Assembly (NCBI RefSeq): GCF_006345805.1
Contig: NC_043006.1
Coordinates: 104,532,001-104,596,000 of the forward strand
Direction of reading: 5' to 3'
Length of the DNA: 64,000 bases
Source: Octopus sinensis
Taxonomy: Eukaryota
This document shows, piece after piece, positions 35,496 through 49,632 of the stretch. How positions within the stretch are numbered: position 1 is the stretch's first letter; each line of letters begins with the position of its first letter. Position numbers and translations under genes: made by a program. The notes beneath the pieces were generated by a model. That model saw only the letters and a list, made by a program, of their open reading frames with translations, did no database searches and was not told where the DNA came from.

Positions 35496-37602
35496 CGACG
35501 ACGATGACGACGACGATGACGGTGACGATGATGATAGTGAAAAAATAAACAAGAGCAACAACAGCAACTAAAGCAAGAAGAAACACATCGATATCTTTTT
35601 ACTATTATGATGTATACTTTTTATATATCTTTTGTATATCTTTTTGTATATATTTTTAATACTATGATGTATACATTTTTTTTCATTCAAAGAAATGATA
35701 ACAAGATTAACTCAACACAGAATTAAGGACCTTTAAGAGACATTCTAGAGTTGCAGCTGCAAAAAAAGCAAAAAAAGGAAAGAATAAAAGGTATAACATT
35801 TTGGTAATATCTCGATCAAAAGAAGAGTGTATAAGGTATCAGGTGACTCTACACCAAGTCACCCAATAATATCAAAGAATCATCAAAGATTTGCGAATAA
35901 GTATTAATAATTAAACTACATCATCTTAAGCAGACGATCGGCTGTCGTTCCTTTTCTCATCATATATCTTGTTGTTACTCTCCCACCTTCTCCCCCCTCC
36001 TCCTTCACCTCTTCGTCTTTTCTCATTTCAGCTTTTTTTCTCTCTGTTTTTATTCCACTCCTACCAGACAATCGCTTCTTTTCTCTCCATTTTGGCTCAC
36101 AATATTTCACCCACATCGAAAATATCTTCACAAATATCTTCACACGAGAGTATGGATGTATACGTACCTAAATGTGTGCGACATCGTATTTTTATACGTG
36201 TGTCTATACTTATATATATATATGTAAATGTATACACATACATATTTATATATGTATATATATATGAGAGTGTAAGTGTATTTATGTAATCTATGCATAC
36301 GTGTATGCAGATATTTACAGATAAATGTGATAAGGAGTGTGTCTGTGTGTGGCAAAGTATCTGTACGTGTGGAAGTGAGTGGAAATAATGATAAGGGTAC
36401 CAGAAAACGCTATGAATATTGATGTAGCGATTCGTCTGAAGATAACACAATTAGTTAAGTGAAATAAGGAAGAAAAATGAAATAATTATTAATACACACA
36501 TATACATATAAGTACACTTAATATATATGTATGTATTTATGCATATATATATATATGCATAAATACATATATATATATATATTTTCATATGCACAATACG
36601 CAAATACTCGCTCACTCACACAACACGAACACGCACTTATCTTATTACATGCACCCACTAGACGGTGCTTATGCTTACATACACGTGCACCCGAGCGCAC
36701 ACACGTATTAAACAGTTTAAATCTTGCATAAACAGTCCAGGTCGATAATAAAATTTACGGTATAATTACTTTTTCTAAAATCTCATAAGAATCTTTGAGC
36801 AATAAAAGACATTGATCAAAACATCACGTGAGACGCTAATGTAATTTAAAGCTACTTCTCCTGTGGTCTCTTGCCAACATCATAATGATGTTTGTATGAA
36901 TTTCTAAAGTGCGTGTGGTGAAACAAGCGGAAATGAATAAATAATAAATTAAAAAAGACAGCATAAAAATTAAGATGAATTATAATTACGGGTCGTATAT
37001 AGATAATCGGATAATTTGAAGAAAAATATTTGTTATTGTATCCGATTTAGCACTCATCAACGTAAATATAGTTTCTTCATAACGAACGAAGTGTATCAGT
37101 AACCACTGTGCAATCTGATTCAAGGAAATTTAGTATCGAATGACAAAATCCTAAAGGGAGAATATTAATTTTCTAATCCCATAGAAAATTATGTGCATTC
37201 ATATATTCAGGCCTTTCACCATTTTATTCAGCTGAATACATGTCGTCATTTATTGGTTGAAATTACCGAAATACGACAACTTTAACAAGAAATAACTTCC
37301 AAAATACAGAATTTTCTCAACAACGCTAAGAGTAAAAGATGTTTTATGTAACATATTCTACCAGTATACGAAGTTTGAAAGTGTTTAGTTACAAAAAATT
37401 ATTTTTTGAATCTGTCGGCCAAAAGGTAAAGATCCTATTTAATAATAATAACAAAACAAAAATCATACAAAACCTGCAAATATATGAAATCCTTAAAGTG
37501 GAGAGAAAACCGACAAATACAGAAGAAATAGATCCTGGATAACTAAACCAATACTTTTTACAATTCTTCTTATAGTCCTTTCTAACTAATGATAATAATT
37601 CT

Positions 37603-38230
37603 TAGGGCGGCGAGCTGACAGAATCGTTAGCAGGGCGGGGAAACGCTTAGCGGCATTTCGTCCTTCATCACGTATTGAATGAATTCAAATTCCGCCGAGG
37701 ACGGCTTTACCTTTCATCCTTTATGGAGTCGAGAAAGTAAGTATCAGTCGAGTACTAGGATCGATGTAATCGACTTAGCTCATACCTCGAAATATCAGGC
37801 CTTGCGCCTAGAGTGGAAAGGAACAATTATTATTCTTTGGTGAAGGTGCTTGAAAGGAATAATAATTATTCTTTGACTTAGTGGTTATGGGTATTCAGCT
37901 CACGATCTTACGGTCGTGAGTTCGATCAACGGCGATGCATCGCATTCTTGAGCAAGAAACTTTATTTCGCATTACTCTGCTGACAAACATGGGTGGTATC
38001 TGCTTTTCAAATGGCCAGCCTTGTCACCTTCTATGTGATGCTGAATCTCCCTGAGAACTACGTTGAATGTATGCTTGTCTGTGGAGCACTGAACCACTTT
38101 CATGCTAATTTCAAGGCGGTGAGCTGGCAGAAACGTTAGCACGCCGGACGAAATGCTTAGCGGTATTTCGTCTGCCGCTACGTTCTGAGTTCAAATACCG
38201 CCGAGGTCGACTTTGCCTTTCATCCTTCTC
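37603..38230 (+). mobile_element. Cluster of SINEs (family B at 37603-37830 and 38113-38230; another tRNA-headed SINE at about 37880-38110)
   Basis: ggcggcgagctgacagaatcgttagc, aggcggtgagctggcagaaacgttagc, and ttagtggtt..gagttcgatc..ttgagcaag. Confidence 0.8.
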
Positions 38231-38729
38231 TGAAGAGAACAGGCATATTATGAAAAGTGTTACATTAGTTACAATACCCGTCCGGGTGCCATATTATTAC
38301 GATGTCTTTGCAAGAACACCAATGTTCCCGAATTCTTCCTGCTCATATATTTACTGCAGGTGTTAACATGCAAAATTTAAGAGGATCATTAGTAGCATCA
38401 CTATCACCTAAGAAGGCCTCCAATGCGCAATGCTCCTTCCTCCAGCAAGTGATAATAAAATCTTCGTTTTTGAAGTGAATAGATTCCACTTTATCTAATA
38501 TGTCCAGTTCTTATTTAAGAAGATAATGTGTAGTTGAGAGAGATGTGACTGTTATTTCAAACAGATTGGACAGAGGGCAGTTTGTATATGATATTGTATT
38601 TGATTTTTTTTTTTTGATAAGTGATTTGATTTTTTCTTTCTTTTCTTTTGTCAAATTTGCTATTGGTATGTGAAAAAGACATCTACAGCGACAACACCCT
38701 TGTTTTTCTTTTTCATTTTAAAACTACAG

Positions 38730-38781
38730 GTATCAAATTCCGACATCGCTATTCACTGTCAAAGATCTGTCAATATACAAG
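38730..38781 (+). CDS. Coding exon C of the unidentified gene (52 nt)
   Basis: Long polypyrimidine tract, ctacag| ... CAAG|gtaaaa. Phase 1 to phase 2, (G)IKFRHRYSLSKICQYT(R), in frame with exon B. Confidence 0.62.
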
Positions 38782-39040
38782 GTAAAAATAGAAATCACTG
38801 CGTAAGATTATCCGTAATATTACTTTGAAGCACTGGAAAATACATCTCTATACATCTCAAGTCGAGATTAAAGTAACAAAGCACACCACCTAATAATGAA
38901 GATGGGAGGACCTAAATACAATTGTTCGACTTGGTTATTAATAAGAGGGGCGGACCCAAGCAGGGTCCTGAACGGCACGTGTCCACCTCAAGAAAAGAAT
39001 TGCACCTTTCTAAATAATGTTATTACGCCTTTTTCTCCAG

Positions 39041-39059
39041 GAATTGTATTGCCTTCTGA
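39041..39059 (+). CDS. Candidate alternative terminal exon (RNCIAF*)
   Basis: ctttttctccag|G AAT TGT ATT GCC TTC TGA, phase-compatible with exon C. Confidence 0.3.
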
Positions 39060-40306
39060 ACTTGTGCCCAACCTGCGAAAAATTCCTGAGACCGCGCCTG
39101 AGTAGAGCTAGATCTCCCCAAGATCACAGCCTGCCGTCTTAAAAACAGAAAAACATTGACTAAATATACCGGTAGCTGAAATATACCTGAGGCAAAAAAA
39201 TAAGTCAGTAATGTCATATCCAGAACGACTTCGTTAATAGACTTGAGCAACCAGAGTTGAACATGCGTAACATTACAAAATGAACAACTACAGCTTTCTT
39301 TGCGAAGCTGGAAAATTAGAAAAGAAATCGTGTTTCTATTCATTAAAGTCTTCTCTTCGGTGCATTAACAAATATCTAACTATTTGTGTCTGTTGATGTT
39401 GTGGATACGTGTATCATTTTGTGTGTGTCAGTGTGTACTATTATCTGTGTGACTATGAGCCTTTGGTGTGAATGTAAACGTTTCCTCCGCTTGTATGTAT
39501 TTATTATGTACGTATACATGTGTGTCTCTTTCGTTTTATCTGCACGTTTCTTCGTGCGAATGATTGTATATATAAATCTATTTCTGTGTAGGAGTATGAT
39601 TATTCGTCTGCTCTAATAAGTTAATGCTAATATATGCTCGTGTGGGTGTCGGTAAATAAATATGTTTCAGTGAATTTCTTATTGTAGGTGTAAGTAGTAT
39701 ATTGGTGCATGAGATGTTGTATGTATTTATGTGTATGTTTTTAGCTTCGGTATTACATTAATCACCAATTCTTTATTCTTCGTTTAACCCTACCAAAAGA
39801 TATAAATCAATTAATCCAACATCATAACATTATTTCGCGCATAAAATTTTAGTGTTGCGAATCAGAGAGTGGAAGCAAAATCTTCCTTATTCTTGACATC
39901 ACACATAAAGATTACGCTTCTGGTCGTGGTGGGAAATATATATGTAGGTTTCCGTGTGCGCGCGCGCGTGTGTGTGCGTGTGTATGTGTGTATGCATGTG
40001 TGTTTGAGAGGGAGAGAGAGAATGAGAGAGTGAAGGAGGCAGACAGACAGATAGAAAGAAAAACAAAGAATTCATAGAGGGTGAATATATATTGTATACA
40101 AACACACACAAAACCATATACTGCATTTATATATATATAAATATATATATATATATAAGTATATATATAAATATATGTATATGTAATATATATATATGTA
40201 TGTATATATATATATGCATATATATATATGTGTATATATATATGTGTATGTATGACTATATATGGATGTATATATATGTATATATATAAATATATGTATA
40301 TGTATG

Positions 40307-40355
<49 letters not shown>

Positions 40356-40424
40356 ATATGTATGTATGTATATATGTATGTCTATGTCTATGTACATTTT
40401 TTTTCTTTCTTTCTTCTTTCTTTT

Positions 40425-40807
40425 TCTTTTACTTGTTTCAGTCATTTGACTGCGGCCATGCTGGAGCACCACCTTTAGTCGAGCAAATCGACCCCGGGAC
40501 TTATTCTTTGTAAGCCCAGTACTTATTCTAACAGTCTCTTTTGCCGAACCGCTAAGTGACGGGGACGTAAACGCACCAGCATCGGTTGTCAAGCAATGCT
40601 AGGGGGACAAACACAGACACACAAACACACATATATATATATATACGACAGGCTTCTTTCAGTTTCCGTCTACCAAATCCACTCACAAGGCATTGGTCGG
40701 CCCGGGGCTATAGCAGAAGACACTTGCCCAAGATGCCACGCAGTGGGACTGAACCCGGAACCATGTGGTTGTTTAGCAAGCTACTTACCACACAGCCACT
40801 CCTGCGC

Positions 40808-40809
<2 letters not shown>
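40425..40809 (-). mobile_element. SINE family A, near-intact
   Basis: Complete head-to-tail match on the minus strand. Confidence 0.92.
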
Positions 40810-40857
<48 letters not shown>

Positions 40858-41349
40858 ATGGACGGATGGATATATGTATATACATTGTATATATAGAGAC
40901 ATACTCTTAAATTGTATGTCTAGAAGATCGTACCGTTTCTTTAGATTAAGCTCGTGTTGAACTCTGTCTGGAGGGTTTCTGGTATGTATTCATTACAATA
41001 TAATATACTTTGTTGATTACGGATCAAATAGACAGGAGCTCAGGTACAGGCTTTGTCACATCGTATATATAAATGTATAAAGGCAAATAAATAAGATAAT
41101 GAAAGAAGTTGATAGTGAATGGCGACTGAACTTTTGTGCACAAACAAGATAGAATACTTCAAAGAATTCTTTTTTTTACATCTTTTCAAACAATTGTTTA
41201 ATTGTTAATGCAAATAATATATTCTTCAAAAGTTACTAACTCAGACACACGCTCACGCACACTCGCTAACTCACACACACACACACACACTCGCTAACTC
41301 ACACAAACACACACACACACACACACACATACATATATATTTATATATA

Positions 41350-41386
<37 letters not shown>

Positions 41387-41389
<3 letters not shown>

Positions 41390-41680
41390 GTAAATATAAG
41401 AGAGTGGCCACTATGTGGTCGACTCTAGCACTAAAAATAGATCCGCTACGGTTTCAGCCACGAAGAATTGTTTATGTGAGTAAAATTACGTAATTTATTA
41501 ATAGCGAAACAATTGTCCTGAATTAATCTGCATTTTTGTTATTTTTTATTTGCCCTGTTCGTTTGCGCTAGTAGTCGTGCTAACTTTCATCGGAAACAAT
41601 TTTTTGTGGCTGAAACCGTAGCGGATCTATTTTTAGTGCTAGAGTCGACCACATAGTGGTCACTCTCTTATATTTACGTA
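41387..41680. mobile_element. MITE / foldback element with about 87-bp TIRs
   Basis: 41387-41473 pairs with 41594-41680 (tacgtaaatataagagagtg.ccactatgtggtcgactctagcac...). Confidence 0.88.
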
Positions 41681-41779
41681 TAAAATTTGTTGTATTCCTG
41701 GTTTTTATGCACAAAGCCACTTGGTGTTAAATTGATGGTACTATTAAATTAGTATCCAATTTTCTCACCCTTATTAGTT

Positions 41780-41835
<56 letters not shown>

Positions 41836-42028
41836 TATATATATTATATATATATATATATTACATATATATACATATATATACATATATATATTTTATA
41901 TATTCATGTAAATATAAACATACATATATATATACATACACACACATATATATATATACACATATATATACATACATACGTACACGCGTACACACATACA
42001 TACATCCATACATACATGTATTTCTACC

Positions 42029-42073
<45 letters not shown>

Positions 42074-42589
42074 CTTGATAGATAGATAGATATCCTTTGT
42101 CGGAATAATGTTATTGTTATGGGAAATGCAGCTCATTAATTTATCGAATAACTTCTCTCGAACCTACTCATTTGTTCGAAAAGGATGAGTGATTCAATAC
42201 TTTTGGAAATCATGCGAGGTTGCTAGGGCGGCCTGAAGGGTGGTTCGATCCAATGTCTTCTAACAACTCCAAAATTATTCAAGAATCTTTCCTCTAGCAT
42301 GATGGTAGTTTCTCGAAAATCAGAAATACATTTGTGTTCCAGTGCTAACGTACAAAGTGCAGCACAGATTGATTGTTTAATATTTCATTATTTATTTCTA
42401 AACCGTATAAATGATTAATTCAATAACAGCTGATCGTGCATAGTGTCGGTTCGTTTTAGTTCGCTGCGTTTTCATTTCCATAAATATTACCTGGCGTAGG
42501 TGTATGAATATCAACAACACGTCTTTCTTAGTCATGTTTATAATTGTATGCGGAGGTAAAGATTGTGCACACTACCTGTTTTCGGGTTT

Positions 42590-43320
42590 TTTATTCATCT
42601 ATTTTTTTCGAAAACGTTTTCGAATTTCTGTTTTCGATAGAGGAAAATACGATTTTGCCCCAAAATCACGTTTTCAAAATTTGAATCTCAACCTCAATCC
42701 CCCAAACCAATTTCTTAACTCTTCACTTTTTTTTCAATTTTTTTTATAAAATCCACTTATAAAAATACAGAGATTACGAATTTGTGATTTTTTTTAACTT
42801 TAAAATTTTCTTTAAGAAACACTTAATGCTCCTTAACCCTCACCCACCGCTCGTCCATCCATCACCTCCTCGTATTCAAAAACAATATAAACTCAATGTT
42901 TAACTTTCGACTGATGTTTCAAGCATGCGTGGAATTCTGCTGAAATAGCATTCGTCAAAAATATCTGACTACCACCAGAATCCCGACATGCTAGAAACAA
43001 CAGCTAAATGACATTATTTCTGGAAAAACTTACCCTCTTCCAAAAATACTAAAAGTAAAACTTTCTGAGGTGATGGGTGGAGGGTGGAGAAGGGAGTTTG
43101 AGTGTTTCTTTAAGAGAAATTTTCAAAAGAATTCTTAAGATTCGTAATCTCCATTTTTCTACGCGGATTAAATACAATTCGAAAACTGTTAAAAGTTAAA
43201 GATTTGGGCTGGGCGGATTAGAATTATTAACATTTTGAAAACATGTATTTTGGAGGCAAAATCCTAATCTTCTATATCGAAAACAGGAACCTGGAGAAAT
43301 TTTTGGAAAAAAATAAGTGG
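42590..43320. mobile_element. Old foldback element with long degenerate inverted arms
   Basis: ttttcgatag..gattttgcccca..ttttcaaaatttg mirrors acattttgaaaac..gaggcaaaatc..tatcgaaaac. Confidence 0.5.
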
Positions 43321-43439
43321 GCGATAAAGTTTCTAAAGACGCTCATGACAAATACGAATTACAAAATAAAAAAAAGATCATTTTAGTTGAAGTTGAGCTT
43401 TAATTTTATATAATTATAAATAATACTGAAGTTTTACCT

Positions 43440-43475
<36 letters not shown>

Positions 43476-43719
43476 TGTGTGTGTGCAAAAGAAGTTATTT
43501 GTACATACCTTTCTGAATTCCAAAAGAAGAAAAACAAAGTTTGTATAAAATGAAATTAAATCCAAGTAGTAGTTGCAGATCGATTAAATTATTAAAGTTT
43601 AAACAGTTTTGTGACAACACAGTATCTCGATACATTCTAATGAAAGCTTTTTAGAAAGAGATAAATCTACTCTCTTTTTGGAAGAGAAATTAATTTTGGG
43701 TGTTGGTGGTGGTGGTGGT

Positions 43720-44715
43720 GAGGTGGTGAAGAAAACATTTGCTTTTGCTCTGATGAGTTGTGTTCGGACAACCTGCTGGAGTAGGTCATACTTTGGCATC
43801 CATAGCAGTTGGTTACTTGCCTGCACTTGGTTAGCTCACCAGAAATATCTAGAAAAGAGCAAGTTCTTTTCCCTAATAATGATGGAAACAAGCAGATCTC
43901 CATACAGCTGTTTCTTGGTTGGAGGAATTCTTCAAGATATGTTTCAGACTGTTCTTAATATTCGGGTGCATGTTCCATCTAACTTGGATTCCAGTGTTTT
44001 TATTTTTGGTAAGCCTCCAGGTTGTTGCTCCATATAAAAGGACTGATTTTATTGTTGTACGGAAAAATTCCTATTAAAATTGCCGGGCAGGGTCATCTCC
44101 AGACAACATCCAGGTTGTTTAGAACTTATCATGCTTTGGCTGTTCAAGTTTTTACATCCTTTTCATTTGAGACAATCTCAGAACCGATGTATGTCAAATC
44201 ATCAACATAATGGATGAGATATCTGCAGATGTTGGTGATGGGCCCTTGTTGATTGTGAACAATGCATTTGGTTCTACTAGGATTAGCAAGCAGTATATCA
44301 TCACGTACAGCTAATTCTAGACTACAAAATAATAGGGTGGAGTTTGATATTGTGCCAGAGAGCAAGGTTAATTCAACAGCATAGTCTACATCGGCTAACT
44401 TTGGCCTGGACGTTCGATCAATTCTCTCATGAGTGTGAAACCGGGAATGCTTAGATTGTTAACTGATGTTCTGAGGACATAACCCAGAGTGATAACAGGG
44501 AGAAAAGGTGCCAATGTGACCCCTGGAGTACTCCAGCTCTGATATCAAAGAAACTTCTTTTTCCATCTGGAGAACTTACCATTGATTTGATGTTATAAAG
44601 CATCATATTTGCTGCTGTTGTTTCCTCAAGGATACCATAAACCAGTAATATTTTTTTCTATTTCACCAAAGTGGATAGAGTCAAAAGCGTTTGAAAAATC
44701 AACAAACAGTTAAAC
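43720..44715 (-). mobile_element. RTE-clade LINE reverse transcriptase remnant
   Basis: LFVDFSNAFDSIH..EKILLVYGI..SPDG..FFDIRAGVLQG..DYAVE..VDDLTYIGS..KLDGTCTR; multiple stops and frameshifts. Confidence 0.85.
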
Positions 44716-45222
44716 CGTTTCAAGATTTCTGGCTTTTATCCTTCAAGTAGGCGCCGAACTGTAAGTATTCGTCCGACGGCTGCTCATTTTTTTTTTTTTA
44801 CAGCCAGAAATTGATAAAGTTCTAAGAAAGCAAAATGGCTGAAGAAAACATAGATCAGAAGAGTTGTTTAAGTTTTGTCAATTTTATTTGAATTATATGT
44901 CGTTGCTTCGATATTTCAGTCCTGAATATAAACATACTTACACTCTTGTAAGATTAAAGAGGGGAATATGGATGGTGGAGAATTGTAAAGTTACTCACGT
45001 GAAATGGTGCCACATTTTTCGCTTACAGTAGATACATAGTCCTAAAGTCAAAGGTAGCTTTCCCTGTTTTCTTGTTCAGCGATTTCAATCCTATGCATTA
45101 CCTTCTATTATTTACATTTATATTATTGTTTGCTTTCGAGACAATTCGCGGTAAAACTATGTTTCTCCAAGCGTCTATATTTATGCACGAGCGCATGTGT
45201 ATGTGTACAATCGTATATATGC

Positions 45223-45297
<75 letters not shown>

Positions 45298-45316
45298 ATG
45301 TATATGTATATGTATG

Positions 45317-45374
<58 letters not shown>

Positions 45375-45759
45375 CAATATATATATATAAGCATATATAC
45401 AAATATATATATATATGCATATACTCAAATATATATATATATATAAACTTACTTGGAGAACAGAAAAGAAACGAAACGACGCGAGGGCGCTCAATCATGC
45501 AATAAATTAATACGCATGGAGTCGAACTAGGGACAGCTGATGAAGGGGAATTTTCCTTGTATTGTTTGTCGTGTACCCTGTTTTTTCGTTGTTAAAAAAA
45601 GTTCGTTTCTCGTTGAGTTCTACGTCTATTTGTGGTGTCCTGTACTCACATATATATATTTATATATGCATGTGTATATACATGTAGATGTAGGTACGTA
45701 CATATATGTATGTATGTATGCATATAAGTTATTTATCAATTTATATATTATATATATAT

Positions 45760-46435
<676 letters not shown>

Positions 46436-46437
46436 AC

Positions 46438-46488
<51 letters not shown>

Positions 46489-46726
46489 TTGTATACAGTC
46501 AACATAACGTGACAGTACCGTAAAGGGAATCACACCACCGCTATTTAGCCCTAGTTAGCCATCGACGCTTCCTGTCGGCTTTGACACATTTCCTGTGTCC
46601 TTATATTTGCGAAGGGGAGGCAAGCACCCCCACCCGTTAGGACCTGCACCTAGAGACATGCATGTTTGTAAAGAATGACGGAACAATGCACTATAATAAC
46701 TGTTGTAATGTAATCATGCATAGTCT

Positions 46727-46766
46727 GATACGATATTTCCGAATAAAAATTCCTTCTTCAGATATC
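46727..46766 (-). ncRNA. Minimal type I hammerhead ribozyme 3' of the Penelope ORF
   Basis: GATAT-CTGAAGA-A-GGAAT-TTTT-ATTCG-GAAA-TA-T-C-GTATC. Stem III ATAT, AUC triplet, one mismatch at the base of stem II. Confidence 0.65.
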
Positions 46767-47080
46767 CCTAGGAATTGATGGAGTCGCTGCTATAATCTGT
46801 TTTCCAACGGCTTTTCTGTTTGTTTTTTTCTTTTCGGAAGAGTCTCAGCAGTGTGTCTCACGAAGCTCCTTCCGGAATTCCTCATGAGAAGTGTGTGAGG
46901 TCGGCGATGTCTCAATCACGTGTGTGCTGGCACATCCATGGCGCTGCTTCTAAGTTACGTATTATACGTGCAGCTTCCTTTTTCTTTTCCCTCCTCTTTT
47001 TTCTCTCTTTTTTCTTTTTTTATTAAAAAATATTACATGAGGATGTTATCAAAAATGAACCTACACGCATCAAGATGTAG

Positions 47081-47885
47081 CTAAATAGTATATTGATTAC
47101 CGACCTCCAGTCTGTTGTTAATTTGGGGCCTTAGTCTGTGTATGAATATAGCTTCCTTAATTCTTAATTTTCCCAAAGATCTGTCATTGGCCTCAATTGT
47201 GACTCTTGTGCTTTTGTCGGTGTTCCGGCATCTGTCTAGATGTTTTCTAAAGGAGGAGGCTCTCGTTTTCAGATGTTCTTTGATGCGGACGTGTAGGAGT
47301 CTTGAGCTGCTACCCACATAGAACTTGTTGCATTTGTTACGTTGTATTCTATACATAACATTTACCCTTTCGCATAAATCTATGTCACGAATGGGACAAT
47401 TTGTTAGTGTACATTGAATGTTGTCCCTTGTTCGTTTCTTTGCGAGGTGTCTTCTCAGAGAGGGGACGGAGTGGGCTGGTTGTATGTCTAGCCCTTCTCT
47501 TCTTATGGCTCTTCGGATGGATTTAGTTATCCTCTCGCTAAAATGGGGTATTTTCAGGAAGCATGTGTTGCTGGGTTTTCGATGCGTTCGGCGTGTTGGT
47601 CGTCTTGGGTACTTAAGCCGATTTACAATCAATCTAGGCTATCCGTTGGTTTTCAGTATATCTAGGAAGCATGTTGTGTGGGTCACCTTGTCCTCTGTCC
47701 TGCTGCACGTGTCCTGGATGCGTGCAAGTTCATTTCTGGCGTATCCTATTTTGGCACCGAGTGGAAATGCTGAATTGTATTGGACAAACATATCTTTACT
47801 GGCTGCTTTGCTGTAGAAGTCGGTGTGGATCTCCTCTTCTTCCGTTATATTTAGTTGGAAGTCAAGTAGGGATAGTGATCAAGTG
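47081..47885 (-). mobile_element. Penelope-like element, RT C-terminus plus GIY-YIG endonuclease
   Basis: LLDFQLNI..IHTDFYSK..YNSAFP..NG*P..CTLTNCPI..VMYRIQRNKCNKFYVGSSSRLLHVRIKEHL..LRIKEAIFIHRLRPQIN; one in-frame stop. Confidence 0.9.
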
Positions 47886-48547
47886 ATCTACAATACTCTC
47901 CTATATATATTGTAAATGATTGACGGAAGATGGAATATACGAGAATTTTTATTAATCACGACAACTGTTTCGACACATCTAGCATCGATCCCTCACGGGT
48001 TGGAAACTTAACATCAGGTTCCGGAACATCCAGCGGTGCAGATGTGTTTTATCGAGTGATAAATAGATACATCTCGTGAAAATAACATTTTCGCAATGTA
48101 TCCTCTCATTTTGTAGAGAGATAATCAGCAAAATGAAGGAAATATCTGCATTTATATCGAAGATCAAAACTAAAATCCCAGATCCAAAAGAACAAACGAA
48201 TACGCAATACAACAAGTAAAGTATTAAAGATAACCGGTGACAGATATGGATGGATAAACTGGCATTAATAGCTGCATGGTGCGTGTACAGTCGCTCATTC
48301 AAACATCCACAAAAATGTAAGCATACGTACACGTGTGGTTTGGTGACACTCGATCACAAAGCGAGTTAAGTAGCCACTTGGTGTTTATGAAAATGTGTAG
48401 ATTAAAGTTAAACTTAATTCATCCATACCTTAAAGTAAATTAAGTTAACAGTTATCCAAATTCCATCCCAATGCATTGTGCGAAAGTGCATTTATATGCG
48501 GGCAGCCATCTTGAGAGTCTTTCGAAACCATACAATATAATTTCCAG

Positions 48548-48664
48548 GAGATGCCGACGCTGCTACGAGGAATCCCTGTCAATTCTGTGGACCAATGAGA
48601 TCATTAACAGAATTTCTGAAAGACTCTCAAGATGGCTGCACGTCAGTCACATTTTTTCCACCAG
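48548..48664 (+). CDS. Symmetric 117-nt coding exon E of the unidentified gene
   Basis: aatttccag| ... CCAG|gtgtgt. Phase 2 to phase 2, (R)RCRRCYEESLSILWTNEIINRISERLSRWLHVSHIFST(R), in frame after exon C. Confidence 0.5.
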
Positions 48665-49439
48665 GTGTGTGAAATGATATTTTATGTTTTATACTCTTCT
48701 TTGCAATAAGCATTTCATTTATTCAATAATTTGTGTAGTCCATCACTTATAGTATAGATAAGTTATTTCCTAATACTTCCTCGTTTTTCATTCAGTAAGG
48801 TGATGTGTATGAAGAGGTACCCAAAAGAAGCCGGCAGTTTGCGATATTATTTTATTCATTTAGTTTTACATATTTAGACTTTTAACGCCTCCAAAGTATT
48901 CGACGACGGTCCTCCTAGATCAGTTCATCAATTTTCATGATGTTTTCCTTCGATCGGACGCCCTGAACCAGGCTGGTCCTCAAGCCACAAGTGACCATGC
49001 CTAAAGTGTGAAAATCACTCGTAAAGTTAGGTTTTGCTCATGGCAGAGGCCTTGTCAGCCGTTTCGAGAAGGATAACTGTTTCGGCTGCCGTTTTCCCCA
49101 GAACAGATTTTCTTGGAGACACACTGTTCTTTCCTTTCAGCCAACGCAAGAATCTACGAACTGGGGAGAAGTACTGCAAAACAAAGACGCGCCACACGGC
49201 AGTATGAACCCACTGGACAACGTCGGTCGGCAGACTGATGCCCGACGGTCACATCAAGTGGCATCTAGCGGTGGAGGCCTGAACTACAACGATCTTGTCC
49301 GACAGAACAATTCCAGTTACTTTTGGGTAACCCTTCGTTCTGTAACCATTGGTTGAATGTATTGAGTAGGTGCATTGTAGGCCGGCGGGAAATATTGTAT
49401 AGGTATTTGGAGACCTAAAATTGATTTTAAATTTTAGCT

Positions 49440-49632
49440 CAAGGCCTGCAAGTCGAAGTGAGAGGCTGAGTCGATTACATCGAGCCCAATGCTCAACTGG
49501 TACTTACTTTCTCGACGCCGAAAGGATGAAAAGCAAAGTCAACCTCGGAGGAATTTGAACTCAGAACGTAAAAGTGGACTAAATGCCGCTAAGCAATTTT
49601 CCCAACGTGCTAACGATTCTGCCAGCTCCCTA
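49440..49632 (-). mobile_element. Diverged SINE family B
   Basis: aaagtcaacctcggaggaatttgaactcagaacgt..gctaacgattctgccagctc. Confidence 0.8.

Noticed and set aside
40945-40981. 37-nt AG/GT-bounded segment with good splice sites
   Set aside because: In the phase required after exon C it stops after RLSSC; no support as a coding exon.
45530-45590. GGGACAG-CTGATGA-A-GGGGAA-TT-TTCCTT hammerhead look-alike
   Set aside because: GAAA and the cleavage triplet are missing; at most a dead relic.
48810-49330. Possible mariner remnant
   Set aside because: No convincing DD34D motifs or paired TIRs could be read.
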